Shown one piece after another: positions 32,401 to 39,992 of a stretch of DNA of 64,000 nt. Each line of letters opens with the position of its first letter. Within the stretch, counting starts at the first letter, position 1. Below the pieces are notes generated by a model, which worked only from the letters and a program-made list of their open reading frames with translations, searched no databases and was not told where the DNA came from. The translations under genes and the position numbers were made by a program. Source of the DNA: Prevotella sp. Its GTDB lineage: Bacteria; Bacteroidota; Bacteroidia; Bacteroidales; Bacteroidaceae. The stretch spans positions 4,481 through 68,480 of the forward strand of contig JAEEVS010000010.1 of the NCBI GenBank assembly GCA_016290975.1, written 5' to 3'.

Positions 32401-35212
32401 AGATACGTCCGTTGCCCAGCTTGATGATACAGTCACCAGCAGTAACGCCCAAGAAGCCGCCACCATACATGAACTCACACTCGGCGATATCCTCAGACAT
32501 GCTTTCCTTTCTGGATACACCAGGAACAGTACCGTTCAGGTTGATGTATGTGCTGTATCTTGAGTCATAGGTGTAACTTCTCTCTGTCTCACCATGAACA
32601 CCCTTACCGATGGCGCCTTCCTCACTACCACCGAATATCTGGAAGGTGTAGCCGCGATTCAGGTTAACGGTAACAGAACCCCATATCTCGGTTTCTATAC
32701 CCTTACCGCCTCCGAATACGTTGAGTGCCTTACCAAGCACATCCATACCCTGCTCGGAAAGGATGACGCCACTGCGACGCTCCAAGATATGATACTGGTC
32801 GTTGCCATAGAGCTTATCCTCACCAGTCTCGTCCTCCTCCACTCTGTCGAAGAGAGTGCTACGGTCAACGATAGAGTTGTTGATATTGATTACCACGTTA
32901 CCGTTGACGATACCGCTGGTGTAACAACCGCCATAGATGTTACCACCATCGAAACGACGGTCGAGGTCAGCAGGGGTACTAATGCTTTCTCCACCCTCTG
33001 TTACAGGGGCAACAGCCTCTCCTGATGATGAGCTGACAGTGTTCCAGATAAGAGCGGTATGGTCACCGTTCCAACGCTTAGGCTGAATCTTAAGACCAGA
33101 GATGTTAAGTACCAGCTTGTCGCCGATAGCGTTATCTGCCGAACCTGCTGGCGCAGGATCAGGACTGCCTAACATTCCGCCTTCATAGATGGCATTGTAA
33201 GTAGTCGGGGTAACCAAAGCGCTGTTACAGCCACCCACCACCTTATTATATACGATAACATTATCGCTGAAATTGACAGTGGTCTTACCCTCAGTAATCA
33301 TACTACCTACGTTGCCACCGCAGTAGAATGAGCCGAACTGGGTAGAGAAAGGAATATAATCGGCAGCGTCGCCTTTAGCCCTGCTCTCAAATACAACGGT
33401 TGACTTCACCTTCATGGCACAACCTTCCATATATTTGTTAAAGACGTCCTGATTCAGCAAGTCCATAGAGTTGAACTTTGTGAGATCACCAGAGATATCT
33501 GTGCGAGCCATCGTGCGCAGCACACCTTCGTTTTTGCCTTGTGGATCAGCCTCGTTGGTCTTGATCATGTTAGCACCATTGTTGCCAAGGAATGCATTGT
33601 CGATGATTGCGTATGAACCAATCTTGATGTGCGTCTGGTCAGCAGCCGGAATACCTGGAACATTCTGTCGCAGGGAAGCACTGTTACCACCCACATACAG
33701 ACCGCCATTAATAATGGCAGGGTGACCCGCATCCTTACCTCTGACAAGGATAGACACCTTCTCAGCGTTAGGACGTACAAGGTTGAGGGCTGTAACAGAC
33801 TTGAGTTCTGCAGGAACTCCCGTCACACCTGCTGCTGCAAGCACCTCATCAGGATTATAGTAGAAGTCGCTCCAACGTGGATCGTTTGCCAAGGCTGAAT
33901 TGTCCGTATAAGCATACGAGCCGTTACCGCCTCCATATACATCGCCATAGATGCGGGTCATGATACCTACAGTGTTGCCTGCATAGACGTTACCCGCGAT
34001 ATCGTTACCACCATAGACATTGGTTACGCGACCTGCCACCACTCTGACACGAGCGGCATAGCCTGCAGGAATGTTGTTAGGGTTATCCTCAGCAGGCAAC
34101 TGCACCTCGCTGTATGGCACTGGTGTGGCATCGTCGTTGTTGTACAATGGCTTCACGTCAGCCTTACGACAACCGCCATAGACGCTTTCAACCACCATTC
34201 CTTCACCTTCAATCTGCATGAGCAGACCCTCAGGACTGGTCATACGACCCTCGTTGCCACCACCATAGAGGTTGCGGATTTTACCCTCTTGCAGGTTCCA
34301 ACGAGGACGGATAGCCATATCAGCCTTGTTGTTACCGCCAAAGAAGCGTCCTATTTGGTAGGCATCACTGCTCGGATAAGAGAAGGCGGTATTGATGCCC
34401 ATCCTATTCTCAAAGCGGTCGTTGGTCAATACCTCGCCTACAGTACCCTTGAGAGGATCAGTATTAGCATTCGGATTGTTAGCATCAATGATACTGCTGA
34501 CCACATCACTCGGATTCTTCAGGGCAATAACGGTCTGACCCGTAATGGTCGCATTATTGCCGCCACCATAAGCATACACGATAGAACCGCCAAGGAGTTC
34601 AAGGTATGTCTTACCCAAATCAGGCAATTGAGGTCTGTCAGCATTCTCATAGACCTTAATCGGAGTAGCATCCTTTGTCCATATTTCCCACTTACCAGAC
34701 TCACTTGTACTAGGATTCTTGACCGTATAGTCGCCATCACCGCCACCGAAGAGCTGTCCGATGTATATCTTCTGGGCATCATCGGCCTCGGCACCAGTAT
34801 CGTCGGTCTTTGTCGAGATGCGCACAAAGGTATTCCATGTGTTGTCGATAGGATTCTTATGCTGCTCCTTAGGGCCAACCTCCGTCAGTTCTGCGGGGAT
34901 TTCAGCAGAAACATCAGCAGGAGAGCCAATGTTTCCAGCTATATCGTTACCTCCATAGACCTTGTCGATGACGATATAGTTGCTGGCATGCTCACCGTCG
35001 ATGTGGACAAATGAGCCGCCTTTGACATCAGCCATACGGGCACCGCCATACACCTTGCCTAAGTCGCCGCCATAGACTGTGACCGTAGTTCTGCCGCCAG
35101 TGTCACCTTGGTTGCCACCACCGTAGATGTTGCCACCTATATTAATTTGCGCGCCCGCGAGCGTACAAAATAGAAAAATAATTGTTGCTAATATTATCCT
35201 TGGAGCATTCAT
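23498..35212 (-). CDS. Giant secreted protein (~3904 aa) with N-terminal VYGGG beta-helix repeats and putative T9SS C-terminal domain
   Basis: Start moved to ATG 35212 (MNAPRIILATIIFLFCTLAGA|Q signal peptide) because a -7 box lies inside the longer ORF; PFRAYF motif; C-terminal VYGVGGALV...SGLVYAVR...KLMVR. Confidence 0.85.
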   Translation of the reverse strand: MNAPRIILATIIFLFCTLAGAQINIGGNIYGGGNQGDTGGRTTVTVYGGDLGKVYGGARMADVKGGSFVHIDGEHASNYIVIDKVYGGNDIAGNIGSPADVSAEIPAELTEVGPKEQHKNPIDNTWNTFVRISTKTDDTGAEADDAQKIYIGQLFGGGDGDYTVKNPSTSESGKWEIWTKDATPIKVYENADRPQLPDLGKTYLELLGGSIVYAYGGGNNATITGQTVIALKNPSDVVSSIIDANNPNANTDPLKGTVGEVLTNDRFENRMGINTAFSYPSSDAYQIGRFFGGNNKADMAIRPRWNLQEGKIRNLYGGGNEGRMTSPEGLLMQIEGEGMVVESVYGGCRKADVKPLYNNDDATPVPYSEVQLPAEDNPNNIPAGYAARVRVVAGRVTNVYGGNDIAGNVYAGNTVGIMTRIYGDVYGGGNGSYAYTDNSALANDPRWSDFYYNPDEVLAAAGVTGVPAELKSVTALNLVRPNAEKVSILVRGKDAGHPAIINGGLYVGGNSASLRQNVPGIPAADQTHIKIGSYAIIDNAFLGNNGANMIKTNEADPQGKNEGVLRTMARTDISGDLTKFNSMDLLNQDVFNKYMEGCAMKVKSTVVFESRAKGDAADYIPFSTQFGSFYCGGNVGSMITEGKTTVNFSDNVIVYNKVVGGCNSALVTPTTYNAIYEGGMLGSPDPAPAGSADNAIGDKLVLNISGLKIQPKRWNGDHTALIWNTVSSSSGEAVAPVTEGGESISTPADLDRRFDGGNIYGGCYTSGIVNGNVVININNSIVDRSTLFDRVEEDETGEDKLYGNDQYHILERRSGVILSEQGMDVLGKALNVFGGGKGIETEIWGSVTVNLNRGYTFQIFGGSEEGAIGKGVHGETERSYTYDSRYSTYINLNGTVPGVSRKESMSEDIAECEFMYGGGFLGVTAGDCIIKLGNGRIFDSFAGACNANVLGHTETYIGTNGFPYVRDFVYGGNDLGGQILNTANFDSRLRNADVRSKVYNTDMLNASAYIEYVQGRVEKIFGGAYGVYDYKSEHFRAYFDTDGHAKDGYHKPFLDNAFINFRPNNNNNPLNIVKQIYGAGQGYLGEEEQDLMQNRSYILIDVPQIMQTYKGTEVFGAGESGGVGMGVDPEEAKTPATAYKASAIIDLLSGQFKAVYGGSYQEGVTRRTVVNVPTGSTFRAEAIFGGAYGLYQEYPCDVYEANVNWNSSDALVGGYRTGLYGGNNNCRRTFYGRVNVNAPVYYDKTNGYLATVYGAGYGKDTWSQYTEVNLNNNARVYEVYGGGQLGRVMNKKTVDAWASEANTAATTAYTAAHAEWEALTPEEKTATPEPQAPQSIDLSIGTGYTDNGLDDPLATERNGKKYNTNVIINQGADVCGYMFNGSLSGAYAYGGGLGDVNVPNTGDVHGTTYIGLLGGKVTKDLYAAGTVGSVNNKYNIATDDFDQSFIASANAYIEGGTARNVYGGGWRGSVGYHVGAIDASRAGDILGETNVIIGKKDGDSFINGLPAVERNAYGGGEGGAVFGTTNITLNKGFIGYRHFSSVPTTDTDLKYIKVGDDYYQEKLHDETWSGDGSNRLYDSGCIFGGGYIDNSSVDFTKVKMFGGVVRNSLFGGGEIAAVGRGVIEASGVDNSVRTLKGIYKAGKTSVDFFEGEVHRNLFGGGRGYNNLGEGGTLYSDGYVFGQTEVHMHSGTVGTTDELARGNGNVFGGGDIGYVYSAYEGDDGKLYVGIKDGNRYDNVWEGYYYAFKIGDGSYTPFPETPSASDDRWVKDNGEYVLTEDCKVLIEPYCRAKEAVTVNEHAYAEGEYVTTADLHHLGNKNDAAATWAKLDDAGIIIYNAVFAGGNTSSGSSTVYANATTVFGNATASIHDVYHRDLITLGTGRTGGLYGDGNLTFVDGYRGLNITNYGTDYYNISKEITIDQYNNLPAREAAYYQLKYKCVQACTDKDGTPYHPEGGGYSKASTLTIDEILSVFEGNHTIIVNNAPNPAYWQPNGVCSIYAGRLMNTLQRADFCGVFGSRMVMEGAEDRVPEIADHTKYTINRVREVSLNHKESVIESDKALKPGKTPAESGIMDQNPEDFVNKDKAIHGNYFGIYSVVNYLGALTSDVFFLPSKNVRYTENASETYKAASTAYNNGSTAVASKDYGTAGFYDWKAGLVTDRKRNNGTSLNKVALASGVYLELTTEKSKGTDLNQKDWGYITGVVELDLINVQPGMGGGFVYAKNVHKVGSYTEHKHNTLTELNKDAITRRDFTFEGADVKWETSGNFIHSTQTIIDDCYNVSGKYSGSDAVPAHYWFIQGSVYVYDQYISAYTGAPNAYSETVDIPLTITAASHGTMKLLNVMPNKYAYYSTPGHPMTKDQKVVINEVEYHLNDPINYWDWFLLTPSEKALFVEQTYVTIADSKDNAEAELIVPAGTVMLPSEYQAAKTAHPSGVYHVEKQQMVDFDFVYRSSNNISHNTGYILTYKVNNPTGWNTWYTPKQSATPVADKNQTGGTEYEDGPTYRLKGGITAGVFGQREYQVSNLISEDVYNTYQDIPASAKPTTGQATFKGAYLVTKEYTSGDVHLNVGSAVSADDAESMTGYVAPAFISTSTIQLSKTEYIYAGSRMTEAEKEAYKTKYSSLATLINTEVVPAYYCTVEGLYGGNYYEANRNYRALEVWSSMSETDRANFEFNYDALDVLIDPNYDGTQGQKYQYDSSAATAVAAEANKAAYSLEKPVDYKATYNGTSTLDYGSGTVAPGDEISREVFENIPNEKRHYTTINVAEAGDVYVVKTPFQVGNTPYAVGTVISASTYNSLADSDKANVTTLTFTNEQLGKYYYCREEYEVGEHGQGETVTGVAVTGGVTGTYSNGATVPVGVVITNGNFDDLKNYQTDFTIHGVAPTETSTLYVSRFSDIFDLSKEKIITVIYQYDYEESDATGENITPVSERHVVNIHVLFKSGIPTVEDIKAPQTVLPGTYVGVREPHVTPGAYEITGGGWKIFEKKSDAESHINGIEYTPTADPLYWYQNGYYLAYYAKTYLGETYSNAVPLSVANYHDLKTMMEAGDRHHYYIDHKDAHTSGKRYPKIYVNDYTTDGKNGLDLLSDLYKLTLGDATAVSTYGAFDTPSNVTGAKELDIIFRTNIRHADAWTPIGDETQCFEGNVHGDGHYVSGLDNSLFGKLCGHVYNLGVMGTFTGGGIADDADNSGSAENCWIKTSGTPAADTKAVIGSYDSDAQVTNCYYPGNEAFEDGAAKTASKTAFYYGEVAYNLNRFYLQERFNKNGGTPKIADTYVQSRYGNPDFIYADGVIPEVVNPDRVKKNPETDTPETDPITGEQLYVPLYPYDYLFFGQALTYGHIAGKTHQDVPSPIAKADDLIDVGDTGNRVYRAPAYFRNSTMSKVYFSPNAVFAKTDADEDNPTDIHRGLTAIDFTGYDDAFDKDNGTAKAYSKDDEGSEFFAPLLDVDEISGLSNYGLTKNLLVYTEAAPTLGDGTTAAEKTAKVVQTSLEEPDYVQGDYGRVAAQDGTTVNGHWVYRNTGTTTYGASNDHLLIDKNDFWAPIPYRFDSSSRMWYQRIPDTYAGINTGWESIVLPFNVLTVSTHQKGEITHFYTGDGNNGKIGHEYWLRKYTEINNGSEPTIKKATFISLAKNEGEDAYDNTYDNHYLWDALHQYLDIKDGETEGQNRYYKTSHTYEGYPLQQQATPYLIGFPGKAFYEFDLSGQWTAPKMPTGFERQVVTFASYPNITINKSDDDMNHSPVDEGYTFTPSYLNQELAAGTYNYVMNAEGNRYVKVPATGDATPVLPFRAYFATTNSGHTLSIVFSDAEGKPEVTPDNGADDNEPSTVTEGEGGMTFIPGLGTITTKSTLKEARTVLVYGVGGALVKAFDIKPNSTVVINVPSGLVYAVRTVTGDYSSKLMVR

Positions 35213-35320
35213 AATCACACGAATTTCTGGTTTAGAATTATGCGGCTCCACAAATGGAGACCACGTTGTATTTTTAACGGTATTGCGAGGTTTGAGCCCC
35301 GTGCAATCTATTTCGTACTG

Positions 35321-35328
35321 CAAAATTA
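35321..35328 (-). promoter_or_regulatory. -7 box (TAATTTTG) for the giant-protein operon
   Basis: TAnnTTTG consensus about 110 nt upstream of ATG 35212. Confidence 0.55.
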
Positions 35329-35851
35329 TAAAATAAAACCGACATCTACCCCCTCTTATTGTTAAAATTTCTTCTTTTTTGTGCAAAAATGTAATTTCTT
35401 GACTAATATCAAGGGGAACTGCCTGTTATTTAGCCGATTGTTGAACAATAACGACAACAAGAGCGACGAAGGCGACTATGGACGCTACTTAAATGTTAAA
35501 AATCAATATGCACAAAACAGCAAAAGTGTGCATAGACAAAAAGCGGGTAAGAGGCGAATTTTAGCATATTAGCCGAGAACGGCTAACATGCTGATAATCA
35601 ACATGCTAACAGGGAAAGCAGATCAAGGGCTTGCAGAAGTAATGCCTCTGCAGACAGAAGTAATGCCCCTATAAAAAGCAGAGAAACAAAGTGTTAAAAA
35701 CATATACATAAAATTGCTGCTTATAATTCAAAATAAACAACTTGAAAAATTAAGGGCAAGAAAGGCAACTACAACAACATTTTAGAGGATTAAAACAAAA
35801 AATATTCAGTGGATGCGACGTAGATAAAATAAATTTTATTACCTTTGCATT

Positions 35852-36427
35852 ATGATAGACTATAAAGCAATAATAGATTACTACTACGACGGAAACGGAA
35901 ACGGGAACGAGGACGGGAACGAGAACGCCAAGGCTAAGGAGATACTCCTAATACATAGCAGACAGGTGGCGGAAAAGGCTGTAAGCATAGTGGATGCCCA
36001 CCCTGAGTGGAAACTGGATCGCGACTTTGTGTATGCTGCCGCCATGCTCCACGACATCGGCATAATACGTTGCGACGCACCAGGCATACACTGTCACGGA
36101 ACGGAGCCGTATATAAGGCATGGGGTGATAGGGGCGACCCTCCTAACCTCCCTTGAAGGGAGGGACCTTACTGTCGCGAATCCCAAGTCCCCCTTTAAGG
36201 AAGATTTAGAGGGTCTTTCCAGGGTTTGCGCCCGCCATACCGGAACGGGACTGCCAGGACTGGAGCCTGAGACGTTAGAGGAGCAGATAATATGCTATGC
36301 GGACAAGTTCTTCTCTAAGACGAAGCTGGATAAGGAGAAGACATTTGACGAGGCGTGCCGCTCGCTTATGAAATTCGGCGAAAAGGGCGTCAGGAAGTTT
36401 GAGGCGTGGCACAAGAAGTTTCAGTAG
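35852..36427 (+). CDS. HD-domain phosphohydrolase (HDIG)
   Basis: IHS..AMLHDIG..RHG..ARHTG..YADKF; contains two in-frame repeat inserts. Confidence 0.85.
   Translation: MIDYKAIIDYYYDGNGNGNEDGNENAKAKEILLIHSRQVAEKAVSIVDAHPEWKLDRDFVYAAAMLHDIGIIRCDAPGIHCHGTEPYIRHGVIGATLLTSLEGRDLTVANPKSPFKEDLEGLSRVCARHTGTGLPGLEPETLEEQIICYADKFFSKTKLDKEKTFDEACRSLMKFGEKGVRKFEAWHKKFQ
36136..36215. repeat. REP doublet (inverted pair) in frame in the HD gene
   Basis: GACCCTCCTAACCTCCCTTGAAGGGAGGGAC ... GTCCCCCTTTAAGGAAGATTTAGAGGGTC. Confidence 0.75.
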
Positions 36428-36498
36428 AAAAAGATTTTGATATATCAGAAAAATATTGTACCTTTGTCCGTGATTTTAAAATAGGTACCCGTAAAAGG

Positions 36499-37626
36499 AT
36501 GAACGCCAACGATGACATACTGACCAAGAAACGCCCCCTATTAGGAATGACGGAGGAGGAATTGCGCCAAGCGTGCAAGGAACTCGGTATGCCTGCATTC
36601 ACAGGAAGCCAGATAGCGAAGTGGATTTACAACGCTAACGGGAACGGGAACCAAGACAAAGGACTAGGTACAAAGGACAACGAAGGAAAAGTTAACGTTA
36701 ACGTTAGCGTTCCCGTTGATATTGCTTCTTGGAGCAATATCTCAAAAAAAAATCGGGAACTGCTGGCAGAGCACTACGAGGTGGGGCTGATGGCACCGCT
36801 GGACAGTCAGAAGTCGAAGGACGGAACGATAAAATACCTGTTTCCCGTGAGCAACGGAAAGATGGTGGAGACGGTGTTTATACCCGAGAAGGACAGGGCT
36901 ACGCTATGCGTGAGCTGCCAGGTGGGATGCAAGATGAACTGTCTGTTCTGCCAAACGGGAAAGCAGGGATTCGAAGGACAGCTGACGGCTGGCGACATAC
37001 TGAACCAGATATACTCGCTGCCTGAGAGGGAGAGACTGACGAACATAGTGTTTATGGGTCAGGGCGAACCAATGGACAACCTTGACAATGTGCTGAAGGC
37101 GACACAGATACTGACAGCGAAATGGGGCATGGCATGGAGCCCGAGACGCATAACAGTGAGCAGCGTGGGAGTGAAGGACAAACTGAAACGATTCATAGAG
37201 GAGAGCGAATGCCACCTTGCCATATCACTCCACTCACCCATCCACGAACAAAGGGCGCAACTGATGCCTGCGGAAAAGGGAATGAGTATTGAAGAAGTCG
37301 TGGGACTTCTGAAAAACTACGATTTCAGCGGTCAAAGGCGCTTATCGTTCGAGTATATCGTCTTTGACGGACTGAACGACACGCCGACACACGCAAGGGA
37401 GATAGTGAGGCTGCTGAGCGGACTGGACTGCAGGGTGAACCTGATACGATTTCACAGCATACCTGATGTGCCGCTGAAGACCAGCGACGAGAAGAAAATG
37501 GAGAATCTGCGTGACTACCTGACCAAGCACGGCATATTCACCACCATCAGAGCATCGAGAGGACAGGACATATTTGCTGCCTGCGGAATGCTGTATAGCA
37601 AAAAGGGGACCCCTACCCTGTCCTGA
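36499..37626 (+). CDS. rlmN: 23S rRNA (adenine2503-C2)/tRNA methyltransferase RlmN
   Basis: Radical SAM CxxxCxxC (CKMNCLFC), FMGQGEP, AISLH, DIFAACGML; -7 box TACCTTTG at 36459-36466 supports ATG 36499. Confidence 0.95.
   Translation: MNANDDILTKKRPLLGMTEEELRQACKELGMPAFTGSQIAKWIYNANGNGNQDKGLGTKDNEGKVNVNVSVPVDIASWSNISKKNRELLAEHYEVGLMAPLDSQKSKDGTIKYLFPVSNGKMVETVFIPEKDRATLCVSCQVGCKMNCLFCQTGKQGFEGQLTAGDILNQIYSLPERERLTNIVFMGQGEPMDNLDNVLKATQILTAKWGMAWSPRRITVSSVGVKDKLKRFIEESECHLAISLHSPIHEQRAQLMPAEKGMSIEEVVGLLKNYDFSGQRRLSFEYIVFDGLNDTPTHAREIVRLLSGLDCRVNLIRFHSIPDVPLKTSDEKKMENLRDYLTKHGIFTTIRASRGQDIFAACGMLYSKKGTPTLS
36631..36717 (+). repeat. In-frame composite hairpin element in rlmN
   Basis: 87 bp: AACGCTAACGGGAACGGGAAC-CAAGACAAAGGACTAGGTACAAAGGACAAC-GAAGGAAAA-GTTAACGTTAACGTTAGCGTTCCCGTT. 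Confidence 0.85.
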
Positions 37627-37682
37627 CGGACATCCCTTCCCGAGTGGGAGGGAGTAATATATGTAATAACAAAACGAAGTAT

Positions 37683-38633
37683 ATGAGTAATATTCCATGT
37701 ATAGCCCTTGTGGGCAACGCACCTGCTGAGAAATGCGAGTTGCTCAACACCCTGTTGGATGAGGAGGGGTTGGTTGAGATGTATGACGTGGCACTATATG
37801 GTGCTGACGGACAACCAGAGATAAGTGCGCTAGGCGATGCCGTAAGAGACTATCAAGACGGCATAGTGAAAGGCATAGTATGTCTGCCAATGGCGAAAAA
37901 CCTGAGGAAAGCACTAAAAGAGGTGACTGACGAGAAGGTGGATCAGGCAACGACGATACGCATAAGCAGTACCAGCCGACTGACTGCCGTGAAAGGACAG
38001 GTGGGCATGGCGGAGGCTGCTAACTCCTTGACACAGGAGGATATAGTAAACAGCATCACCATGCTGTGGAAGACGCTGAAGAGAGACCTCGGAATACAAA
38101 ATCCACGTATAGCGATAACATCACTGAATAACGAGATATCTACAGCAGACGACTCGGCTGAGATGAATATCATAGCCCCTGCCGTATCGGAACTGGTGAA
38201 GCAAGGCATACAGATATTCGGTCCGATAGCAGCAGGCAAGATGTATGAGGGCGACGACTTCATGGCATTTGACGTTGTGGTAGAGATATACGAGGGACAG
38301 TGTGACGAGGCATTCGAAAAAGCCACAAACGAAGAGACCACCACCCTACTCTGCGGCATCAGCATACCCATAACACAGACTGAGGCTGAGGGGCTGTATA
38401 AGGCGATAGACCTGGTGGTGGACGTGGAGAGAAACCGCAAAGACTATGACGAGGTGAATGCCAACCCTCTGCAAAAGCTATATCACGAGAAGAAGGAGGA
38501 TGGCGATAAGGCTCGCTTCGCCGTAAAGAAAAAAGGCTTCAATCCTGCCGAGCACCGTAGGGAAAACGTAACATATATCAAGGCGGCAGACGAAAACACT
38601 CCTCCTACGGAGGAAAAAACTGTTAAAGAATAG
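37683..38633 (+). CDS. pdxA: PdxA-like protein, degenerate
   Basis: LKRDLGIQNPRIA, IIAPAV..GIQIFGP, NPLQKLYHEKKED; sits between rlmN and the sigma54 activator as in Bacteroidales; catalytic His motifs absent. Confidence 0.65.
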   Translation: MSNIPCIALVGNAPAEKCELLNTLLDEEGLVEMYDVALYGADGQPEISALGDAVRDYQDGIVKGIVCLPMAKNLRKALKEVTDEKVDQATTIRISSTSRLTAVKGQVGMAEAANSLTQEDIVNSITMLWKTLKRDLGIQNPRIAITSLNNEISTADDSAEMNIIAPAVSELVKQGIQIFGPIAAGKMYEGDDFMAFDVVVEIYEGQCDEAFEKATNEETTTLLCGISIPITQTEAEGLYKAIDLVVDVERNRKDYDEVNANPLQKLYHEKKEDGDKARFAVKKKGFNPAEHRRENVTYIKAADENTPPTEEKTVKE

Positions 38634-38776
38634 TAAGAGGGGCACTTTTGCCACCTTGAACTATTGAACTATTAAACATTTTTTGTAACTTTGCACTCGC
38701 AAATTGCTTAAACGCACCATGAGCCAGCTATGCTGACACTCATTATTTGCTTCGTGCGAACAAGTTTGCATCCAAA

Positions 38777-39985
38777 ATGGACCTGAAGGAACTGCAGAAC
38801 ATAAAGCAACGCTATAACATCGTGGGCAACTGCGATGCCCTGAACCGTGCGCTGGACATAGCTCTGCAGGTGGCACCAACAGACCTCTCAGTGCTGATAA
38901 TAGGCGAAAGCGGTGTGGGTAAGGAGATTATACCACGCGTGATACACGACAACTCGCCAAGAAAGCGCGAAAAATATTTCGCCATAAACTGCGGAGCAAT
39001 TCCTAAGGGTACGATAGACTCAGAACTCTTCGGACACGAGAAGGGTTCGTTTACGGGTGCCATAGGCGAGAGCGAAGGTTACTTCGGCATTGCCAACAAG
39101 GGTACACTATTCTTGGACGAAGTGGGCGAACTGCCCCTCTCTACCCAGAAACAACTGCTTCGCGTGTTGGAGACTGGCGAATACATAAGAGTGGGAGGAC
39201 AGGAGATAAGGAAGACGGACGTGCGCATAGTAGCGGCTACGAACGTGAACATACGCAAGGCGATAAGTGAGGGACGATTCAGGGAAGACCTGTATTACCG
39301 ACTGAACACCATACCAATACAGATGCCACCGCTGAGAGACAGAGGCGAGGACATCGTGCTACTGTTCAGACTGTTTGCCATGCAGATGTCGGAGAAATAC
39401 CACTTCCCCCGCATACAACTGACAGAGAATGCTAAGCAGGTATTGATGAAATATAAGTGGCCTGGCAACGTGAGACAGTTGAAGAACATCACCGAACAGA
39501 TGTCGATACTCTCAAACAACAGGACGATAGACGTGGACGACCTGCTGAAGTACGTGCCCATGAATGAGGAGAGTACCGAACTTGCCACCATTCAGCCACA
39601 GGCAGGCGGCAGTCGCACATACGAGAGCGAGAGGGAGATGCTGTTCAAGATTCTCTACGAGATGAGGGGCAACGTATCAGACCTGAGACGCGAGATAAAC
39701 TCGTTGCGCAAGCAGATAGACGAAGGACAGATGACGGCACCAAGCGGTCGCCAACTGGTGGAAGGTGGCACGAACATGCCTGTTGCCTATCGTAACAACA
39801 TGCAGTCTATGGACTACGCCCAGGAGATAGCCGAGCCAGAAAACCTGAATATAGCGGCTCTGAACAAGAAGGCACTTGAAATGGCCCTGGAACGCTGCGG
39901 AGGAAACCGTAAGAAGGCTGCCGAGATGATGGGAATATCAGACCGCACCCTTTACAGGAGATTGAAAGAGTTTGGAATTAGGTAG
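38777..39985 (+). CDS. Sigma-54-dependent transcriptional activator (AAA+ with Fis-type HTH)
   Basis: GESGVGKE, ELFGHEKGSFTGA, LFLDEVGE, FREDLYYRL, WPGNVRQL, GNRKKAAEMMGISDRTLYRRL. Confidence 0.92.
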   Translation: MDLKELQNIKQRYNIVGNCDALNRALDIALQVAPTDLSVLIIGESGVGKEIIPRVIHDNSPRKREKYFAINCGAIPKGTIDSELFGHEKGSFTGAIGESEGYFGIANKGTLFLDEVGELPLSTQKQLLRVLETGEYIRVGGQEIRKTDVRIVAATNVNIRKAISEGRFREDLYYRLNTIPIQMPPLRDRGEDIVLLFRLFAMQMSEKYHFPRIQLTENAKQVLMKYKWPGNVRQLKNITEQMSILSNNRTIDVDDLLKYVPMNEESTELATIQPQAGGSRTYESEREMLFKILYEMRGNVSDLRREINSLRKQIDEGQMTAPSGRQLVEGGTNMPVAYRNNMQSMDYAQEIAEPENLNIAALNKKALEMALERCGGNRKKAAEMMGISDRTLYRRLKEFGIR

Positions 39986-39992
39986 TTGAAAA

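Noticed and set aside
13554-35336. Numerous antisense and alternate-frame ORFs within the giant genes and other CDSs
   Set aside because: Shadow ORFs expected from codon bias; none has motifs or independent expression signals.
35213-35386. 58-aa N-terminal extension of the 3962-aa ORF
   Set aside because: It contains the -7 promoter box, and the signal peptide begins at ATG 35212.
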